This document shows positions 1 through 4,295 of a stretch of DNA of 6,049 nt, one piece after another; the first letter of the stretch is position 1, and the number at the start of each line of letters is the position of its first letter. The translations under genes and the position numbers were made by a program. The notes under the pieces were generated by a model. The model had not been told where the DNA came from. It was given only the letters and a program-made list of their open reading frames with translations, and did no database searches. Source of the stretch: a virus; IMG/VR virus record IMGVR_UViG_3300045988_013202, positions 1 through 6,049 of that record; one strand, written 5' to 3'.

Positions 1-99
1 ATTTTTTTTGCTTCGGCTTCATTCTTATCTGCTTGGCTTTCGTTAAGTCTTGTTTGACTCATTACATTTGCCAATTGTAGAGCCATTCCTTGCGCTTGG
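1..99. repeat. Terminal direct repeat, copy 1 (assembly overlap of a circular genome)
   Basis: Base-by-base comparison shows 1-99 identical to 5951-6049. The repeat lies inside an open reading frame that reads continuously across the junction. Confidence 0.95.
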
Positions 100-422
100 A
101 GTCCTACTTCTGTTCCTGTTTTGTTAGGTTGTCCTACTCCGCTAGCTTGTCCTGCTCCGCTCGTGCTTCCGCCTGCTCCACTCTGTCCGTATATAAGGCC
201 AGGGCTTAGCCCTGCGCCTTGTATGTGTCGCATAGTGTTTTCATAATTGGTATAATTCCATAAATCCTTTGCCAATCCTGTGGAATAAAACGCTTGTTGT
301 CTATTTAGCTCCGCTTGGTGCTCCATCAATTGTTTATTCTCTTCAAATTGGTCTTTTTTCGCCTGATTGCCCATTATTCCTTTGGCAATTCCGGCTCCTA
401 TACCTATTATCGCTCCTAGCAT
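1..422 (-). CDS. VP2: DNA pilot / minor capsid protein VP2 (phiX174 H-like), 5' part; continues across the circular junction into 5335-5950
   Basis: The ATG at 422-420 is the first start after an in-frame TAA at 431-429. My translation is MLGAIIGIGAGIAKGIMGNQAKKDQFEENKQLMEHQAELNRQQAFYSTGLAKDLWNYTNYENTMRHIQGAGLSPGLIYGQSGAGGSTSGAGQASGVGQPNKTGTEVGLQAQG, followed by MALQLANV, which is the start of the 5335-6036 track ORF. 422 minus 86 is 336, which is 112 codons, so the two parts are in frame. The protein has a Gly-zipper hydrophobic N-terminus, an NYENTM..AGLSPGLIYG motif and a Gly-rich linker, all typical of microvirus VP2. The ORF track missed this part because it runs off the left edge. Confidence 0.85.
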   Translation of the reverse strand, partial: MLGAIIGIGAGIAKGIMGNQAKKDQFEENKQLMEHQAELNRQQAFYSTGLAKDLWNYTNYENTMRHIQGAGLSPGLIYGQSGAGGSTSGAGQASGVGQPNKTGTEVGLQAQGMALQLANVMSQTRLNESQADKNEAEAKK

Positions 423-439
423 AATTATTTACATTTTCG

Positions 440-459
440 CGCTTTCATGTTTGAAAGCG
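440..459. other. Perfect 8-bp hairpin (cgctttca / tgaaagcg, loop tgtt) just upstream of the VP2 start
   Basis: Pairs 440-447 with 452-459 by direct reading. It sits 18 nt upstream of the VP2 ATG on the coding strand. No U-tract follows on either strand. Confidence 0.6.
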
Positions 460-503
460 ATATTCATATTACTTGATAATAAATTGTAGGTGCGTACTTT
501 CGT

Positions 504-534
504 GTATTTTCCGGTAATTAAACCGGACAAATAC
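504..534. other. Long intergenic hairpin: 12 bp with one bulge and a 6-nt AT loop
   Basis: 504-509 pair with 529-534 and 510-515 pair with 522-526 plus 527. c528 is bulged and the loop is 516-521 (aattaa; TTAATT on the coding strand). It is flanked by a further 8-bp long-range complement, ttgtaggt at 484-491 with acctacaa at 550-557. Confidence 0.6.
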
Positions 535-560
535 TCCGAAGTGCTTGTTACCTACAAGGC

Positions 561-580
561 TTTGAAGATACTTCTTCAAA
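561..580. other. Perfect 8-bp hairpin immediately after the stop of the VP3-like gene
   Basis: tttgaaga (561-568) pairs with tcttcaaa (573-580), loop tact. It begins 4 nt after the TAA at 587-585 on the coding strand. The stem is AT-rich with no U-tail, so it is at best a weak terminator. Confidence 0.45.
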
Positions 581-584
581 CAGT

Positions 585-902
585 TTAGTTTTCAGAGGGA
601 GAGCCTCCCGATGTTTTATTGGGTACATTTCCAAAATCTTCAGGTTTTGGAGCTATTTCTTTCTTTGCTGCTACTCTTGTGATTTTATCGTAGGCGTCCA
701 TAGCTATATCAAACCTGTCTGTTCGTATATTGTACGCTGGTAGTACACCGTCTTCTTTTGCTGTATAGATAATTGGTGCTGTATCTGTAATCGGTTCTTT
801 GTCTTGAAGGATTCTTGCGCATTTTGTTTCAATGCTTTCACCTTCGTAGATTTCTATTGATTTTAATCTACCGTTATTTTTTGATGGAAATGAATATTTC
901 AT
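585..902 (-). CDS. Small conserved microvirus protein, probably the internal scaffolding protein (VP3-like)
   Basis: 105 aa from the ATG at 902. The segment PIIYTAKEDGVLPAYNIRTDRFDIAMDAYDK matches my recollection of a motif conserved in gokushovirus-type VP3 scaffold proteins (..DGV.P.Y.IRTDR..A..A.D.). This is from memory and not searched. The track start at 941 is a GTG that overlaps the VP1 3' end, so I prefer the ATG at 902, 13 nt after the VP1 stop. Confidence 0.6.
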   Translation of the reverse strand: MKYSFPSKNNGRLKSIEIYEGESIETKCARILQDKEPITDTAPIIYTAKEDGVLPAYNIRTDRFDIAMDAYDKITRVAAKKEIAPKPEDFGNVPNKTSGGSPSEN

Positions 903-915
903 AATGTTATAATTT

Positions 916-2850
916 TTATAAATTAGGAATTTGTTTTGCACTAATTAGACGTCTTACTTTGATGTCAAACTTCGTTTGTACCCAGAAGTTCATAGCGTCT
1001 AGATTTGTATCTGCAAAGATGTAATTGAATTTTACTGGGTCTATATAAGTTGTTAAGTCTTCGATTTGTTTGTTTGCACTGATTGAGTAGTTACGATTGA
1101 GTACCATAAAGCTCTCGCTCATTCCAGGTGCGAAGTTTCCGAACGTCCTGTTTACATTTGTCATGTAGTTAATCCAAGCTACCGTTTTACCTGCAGATGT
1201 ACGTTTTAAGCCTAGGTCTGGTGTAAAATAGTCTGTCCACCATGCACGTTCGCCGTTTAATGAATCTTGGTATCCGATTCCATCCAGTGCTGGTTTGTGC
1301 CAATCATCCATTGTTTCTAGGTATGTATCCCAGGTATTTCCCTGTCCGTAGTCGATTCGTGGAGTGATTGAACAGATACACATAATATAACATGGTTCTG
1401 TTACTTTGATACGGATATGTCCGCCTTTTTGTTTCCCCGTCGTCACCCCTCGTCCGGCTAGTGTTCCTAGTGGTTCGTCTCCGGATGCGCTGTTGCTTAC
1501 TACTTCTTGGAATACAATTTCTTGGCTTACACCGCCTTCGAATGTTGGTGTTTCGCATCTCTCCATATAGTTGCCTCCAGTGTATACTGTTTCTAGCCAA
1601 TCACGGTAAGTTCCTCCTGAAACTGCGATTCTGTTGAGGAAGTTGTATACCTTCTGTGACAGGTTTAAGGCGTCCATTGATAACGTACCGTCTGATACGT
1701 CTACGGCGCTTGCTTCGTTGATTCCGTTTACACCTTCTATCCACTCCGTGTTTATCCAGTTTTGATATAAGTCACTGTTGTAAGTTTTTAGACATAATCC
1801 GTATTGTGGATCCGTTGTGTTTAGTTTACTGTTTACGGCTTTTCTTTTTGCGAAATTAATGAATGGCTCTACACTCATTGATGCATTCGATATATCAAAT
1901 ACGGTATCTCCTGCCGTTAATAGTATTTTATCCCTGATTGTGTCTAGGTTTTCTAGTGGATAATTTTCTAGTGTTATTCTGTTTATTGTTTGTATACTTC
2001 GGATATACCATGTTTCCCCCTCTGGGACTTTGTTCGTTGTTATTGTTATTGCTTCTCCTACTATTTTCCATGTACCTATGTCTCCCGGTGTAAGTGTTAC
2101 ACTTTGTCCTATTGGTGAATCTTTTGCGACCTTGATTTGTACTTCGTTTTGTTTTATTGTATTTGGAGCTATGGTTATTACTCCTGCGTTGTTGATTCTA
2201 CCTTCGTTGCTTGGAATTACGTTCGGGTTTACCTCTGTTCCGTTGATTGTTATTGTTATTTCTTCAGTATTTCCGATAATGTAGAAGTTCTCTTCTTGCG
2301 TGTTGGCGTAGTAGTTTTTAAAGATGTCATAGTATGCTAGTATTGGTAGTGCGTTTTTGGATGTTTTTTTTGCGTTTGTCCCTGCCATGTTCGCAAAACC
2401 TCTTATTCCTAGGTATGCAAGTAAACAACTTGGGTTTACTTGATTCCATTGCTCCTCCTCTGTTGTTATGGTGTCGTATTGGCTGTTTAGTGTTACGTAT
2501 ATTTGTGGTAATTTTACTTGTGCCATATTCAGACCGATTTTTGTTCGGTTGTTATGTAGCCAGCTGTTATATAATCTTACAGGTGCCGCATAGATGTGAT
2601 GCTCCAGTTTGAATGACCCGAATAGAGGTCCTGTTGTTGGATGAGTAAGTACGTTTGCGTCTACATCGATGTCGAATGTATCACCTTTTTGCCCTACTAA
2701 ACATAGGTTTGGCACTAATGTTCCAGGACTCTGCGTGTTTCTTACAATGGTTGACAAGTCATGGGTTGACATGTTGTACTCATGCAGGCTTACTGCCATT
2801 TTATTGTTGTCTCCTATGGTATTTTTACCGATATTCTTTTGAATTGACAT
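916..2850 (-). CDS. VP1: Major capsid protein VP1 (phiX174 F-like jelly-roll)
   Basis: 644 aa, the largest ORF. Family-typical segments include HDLS....T...G.L.P, GD.F.I, FKLEHHIYAAPVRLYNSW, ALPILAYYDIFKNYYAN and LNRIAVSGGTYRDWLETVYTG. The ATG at 2850 is preceded by AGGAGG at an 8-nt spacing. Confidence 0.95.
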   Translation of the reverse strand: MSIQKNIGKNTIGDNNKMAVSLHEYNMSTHDLSTIVRNTQSPGTLVPNLCLVGQKGDTFDIDVDANVLTHPTTGPLFGSFKLEHHIYAAPVRLYNSWLHNNRTKIGLNMAQVKLPQIYVTLNSQYDTITTEEEQWNQVNPSCLLAYLGIRGFANMAGTNAKKTSKNALPILAYYDIFKNYYANTQEENFYIIGNTEEITITINGTEVNPNVIPSNEGRINNAGVITIAPNTIKQNEVQIKVAKDSPIGQSVTLTPGDIGTWKIVGEAITITTNKVPEGETWYIRSIQTINRITLENYPLENLDTIRDKILLTAGDTVFDISNASMSVEPFINFAKRKAVNSKLNTTDPQYGLCLKTYNSDLYQNWINTEWIEGVNGINEASAVDVSDGTLSMDALNLSQKVYNFLNRIAVSGGTYRDWLETVYTGGNYMERCETPTFEGGVSQEIVFQEVVSNSASGDEPLGTLAGRGVTTGKQKGGHIRIKVTEPCYIMCICSITPRIDYGQGNTWDTYLETMDDWHKPALDGIGYQDSLNGERAWWTDYFTPDLGLKRTSAGKTVAWINYMTNVNRTFGNFAPGMSESFMVLNRNYSISANKQIEDLTTYIDPVKFNYIFADTNLDAMNFWVQTKFDIKVRRLISAKQIPNL

Positions 2851-2853
2851 AGT

Positions 2854-3120
2854 TTAATCCTCCTTTTTAGTATTTTTTTTAAATTTTTTTGCAGTACGTT
2901 CAATTCTTTTTTCGTGTTCGTCTGCTTCCTTACACGCATATATTAATGCTGCAACTAGATTCCAATTTGTTGAATCTATTACGTATTGCGCATCTTCTCG
3001 TGATTCGAATTTTTCTGGTGTTGCTAAATGTTTTCCAATTACAATCATGAATTCATTTTCTTCTGTTGAAGTTGGCAATACTTTGAACACATCTTTCATG
3101 TTATTAAATTCTCTTTCCAT
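2854..3120 (-). CDS. Hypothetical protein (88 aa), acidic body with a basic C-terminal tail
   Basis: ATG start. It is packed 5 nt after the upstream gene and 3 nt before VP1. Amino-acid composition looks normal and the C-terminus is KKFKKNTKKED. I recognise no homolog. Confidence 0.55.
   Translation of the reverse strand: MEREFNNMKDVFKVLPTSTEENEFMIVIGKHLATPEKFESREDAQYVIDSTNWNLVAALIYACKEADEHEKRIERTAKKFKKNTKKED
2859..2864 (-). promoter_or_regulatory. Shine-Dalgarno site for VP1
   Basis: The coding strand reads AAAGGAGGATTAAACT-ATG. The AGGAGG core lies 8 nt upstream of the start and is embedded in the last codons of the upstream ORF. Confidence 0.8.
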
Positions 3121-3125
3121 TTTTT

Positions 3126-3332
3126 TTAATAGTTTTTAGGGTTAATATTAATGTGTGTGCTATCAACGCTTGATGTTGTTGTTTGTTCGGTCTTCTGCGT
3201 TGAGTTTTGATTGTTTTTGCTTACGCTTAGGCTCATTGTACACGACTGCACACATAAGGTCGTAATTATAGCAATGATTGCCGTACTGATAGCTCGGATA
3301 ATTTCTATCCATTGGTTCCCGGTTATTTTCAT
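3126..3332 (-). CDS. Small membrane or secreted protein (68 aa); candidate lysis or envelope-acting protein
   Basis: ATG start, 2 nt after the upstream stop. There is one N-terminal hydrophobic helix (WIEIIRAISTAIIAIITTLCV) followed by Cys residues (LCVQSC) and a polar S/T/N/Q-rich tail. Confidence 0.55.
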   Translation of the reverse strand: MKITGNQWIEIIRAISTAIIAIITTLCVQSCTMSLSVSKNNQNSTQKTEQTTTSSVDSTHININPKNY

Positions 3333-3334
3333 GT

Positions 3335-3589
3335 TTAAAATAATTTAAGTTGTTTATGATTCCATTTTTTTAAATCTTCTACATCTTTGTCATAAGTTTT
3401 TTCGCATATTAACCTCCTTCCTTGTTTTGTGAAGATATATTTTTTTGTAATAACATCTTCTTCTAGTTCGTAACAAATTTTTTTCATATTTATTGGCGTG
3501 TTGAAGTACATGTAATTTTTTAGCTCTCGAAATGTATTGAAAATATATCCGCCTGCTTCGTATTTTCTAATCTTTTTCGGTTTTTTCAT
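3335..3589 (-). CDS. Hypothetical protein (84 aa), basic N-terminus
   Basis: ATG start (MKKPKKIRKY...). It overlaps the 3' end of the upstream gene by 23 nt and ends 2 nt before the next gene. No homolog recognised. Confidence 0.5.
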   Translation of the reverse strand: MKKPKKIRKYEAGGYIFNTFRELKNYMYFNTPINMKKICYELEEDVITKKYIFTKQGRRLICEKTYDKDVEDLKKWNHKQLKLF

Positions 3590-3767
3590 TTTCGTTAGGA
3601 TATAATTTCCATGATTCTACTACACATACTAGTTTGGTTTCTTCCGGGTCGTTTAGCATTTTGGCGAATTTTTCCGCTATTTTATATGTGTTCATACCCG
3701 GAATTTCTCTTTCGACAATTTTACCTTCGTTGTTTGCATAGATTGCTGTAAATTTTGTTGCTGCCAT
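3567..3767 (-). CDS. Hypothetical protein (66 aa)
   Basis: ATG start 2 nt after the upstream TAA, which suggests translational coupling. The composition looks globular (MAATKFTAIYANNEGKIVEREIPG...). No homolog recognised. Confidence 0.5.
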   Translation of the reverse strand: MAATKFTAIYANNEGKIVEREIPGMNTYKIAEKFAKMLNDPEETKLVCVVESWKLYPNENEKTEKD

Positions 3768-3769
3768 AA

Positions 3770-3916
3770 TTAAAAAGTTCTTTTTGTTGTTATTAATTTT
3801 ATTTCTCTTCCTTCTACTTCTTGATACGCGAAGTAGTGTCTTGTTGCGATACGTGTCGGTATATTCTTGATGATTACCGCTTTAAATCCACGTACTTTTG
3901 TTCTTGTTGTTAACAT
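3770..3916 (-). CDS. Small highly basic protein (48 aa); possible J/VP8-like ssDNA-binding packaging protein
   Basis: The internal ATG at 3916 is preceded by a perfect AAGGAGGT 4 nt upstream. The sequence is MLTTRTKVRGFKAVIIKNIPTRIATRHYFAYQEVEGREIKLITTKRTF, with 11 K/R against 3 E. The track's longer form starting at 4033 would read through promoter-like AT-rich sequence and has no RBS. Confidence 0.55.
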   Translation of the reverse strand: MLTTRTKVRGFKAVIIKNIPTRIATRHYFAYQEVEGREIKLITTKRTF

Positions 3917-3920
3917 ATTT

Positions 3921-3928
3921 ACCTCCTT
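3921..3928 (-). promoter_or_regulatory. Shine-Dalgarno site (AAGGAGGT) for the 48-aa basic protein
   Basis: The coding strand reads ACAAGGAGGTAAAT-ATG. This is the strongest RBS in the genome. Confidence 0.8.
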
Positions 3929-3946
3929 GTTTTTAATGACATTGCA

Positions 3947-3976
3947 AATATACTTGATTTTTCTGATTTCTGTAAA
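3947..3976 (-). promoter_or_regulatory. Candidate sigma70-type promoter for the small-ORF/VP1 operon
   Basis: The coding strand has TTTACA (3976-3971), an 18-nt spacer, then TATATT (3952-3947), each matching 5 of 6 consensus positions. It lies about 30 nt upstream of the SD. An exact TATAAT also occurs at 3990-3985, without a good -35. Confidence 0.4.
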
Positions 3977-4033
3977 TTTTTTGATTATATATTGATCTTT
4001 TAAACATTTATTAACAATAGTATCTTTAAGCAT

Positions 4034-4295
4034 GCGCGGCGTTTGAGCGCCGATAGAGCAATAGAGAGCGCGTAGCTCTCCTTAGCGACTAGCACCATAG
4101 TATCGGCAGAGCCGCACACCACGACCTTTGGTCGGGTGCACGTCATGCCATATCCCGGTCTTAAGGTAGCCGCCTCTCGGATAAAGGCACACCTCACCCT
4201 CCCGTTATACACCCTTGGCCACCCGGCCTTGAGGTGTTAAATACAGACCCGTGTGATGTTAGCATGGTACCCGCTGGACGTGCCCGAGCGCAGCC
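4034..4295 (-). other. GC-rich, highly structured non-coding island of unknown class (candidate ssDNA complementary-strand origin or structured RNA)
   Basis: I counted 158 G+C in 4031-4300 (about 58%). Spot counts elsewhere were 25% (3301-3360) and 45% (1201-1260). Only GTG-start or overlapping ORFs cross it. Local helices are 4037-4041/4048-4052, 4064-4069/4075-4080, 4114-4139 (10 bp, irregular), 4151-4183 (two-tier), and 4189-4196/4230-4237 (8 bp) enclosing 4217-4220/4225-4228. There is also an 11-bp long-range helix, 4132-4144/4277-4287. Confidence 0.6.

Noticed and set aside
1-99. Terminal repeat as a biological DTR/LTR or mobile-element end
   Set aside because: The repeat lies within the VP2 coding frame, and joining the ends restores a full-length pilot protein. 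This is the signature of a circular genome assembled past its start, not of a terminal repeat element.
903-941. Longer start (track M at 941) for the VP3-like gene
   Set aside because: The codon is GTG, and it overlaps the last 26 nt of VP1. An ATG at 902 lies just after the VP1 stop.
2030-2852. Four plus-strand ORFs (2030-2284, 2137-2340, 2334-2612, 2655-2852) antisense to VP1
   Set aside because: They are hydrophobic and Cys/Phe/Leu/Val-rich, as expected from the antisense of an A-rich coding strand. They overlap each other and VP1, and none shows an RBS.
3917-4033. N-terminal extension (87-aa form) of the 3770 gene, starting at the ATG at 4033
   Set aside because: That ATG has no RBS and lies within a GCATGC at the island edge. 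The extension reads through promoter-like -35/-10 hexamers. The internal ATG at 3916 has a perfect AAGGAGGT. The long form cannot be fully excluded.
4000-4212. 70-aa minus-strand ORF covering half of the GC island
   Set aside because: It starts at a GTG (plus-strand cac at 4210-4212) with no RBS and overlaps the next reading frame. Its sequence (RPGYGMTCTRPKVVVCGSAD...) looks like translated GC-rich structure. The region is better explained by base-pairing.
4189-4240. Resemblance to a twister ribozyme (coding strand UAACACC...GCCGG...AAG...AUAA...GGAGGG)
   Set aside because: Several short strings recall the rice Osa-1-4 twister as I remember it. However, the order of elements does not map onto the twister architecture: AUAA follows rather than precedes the P2 3' strand, and I could not build the T1/T2 pseudoknots. 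A covariance-model search is needed before any such claim.
4030-4271. SphI (GCATGC, 4030-4035) and KpnI (GGTACC, 4266-4271) sites near the island boundaries, suggesting a cloning or synthetic insert
   Set aside because: The intervening sequence is not a polylinker or vector sequence that I recognise. The KpnI site is about 25 nt inside the island rather than at its edge. Two 6-mers in a GC-rich stretch can occur by chance. It is worth checking by read coverage, but it is not evidence of an artefact.
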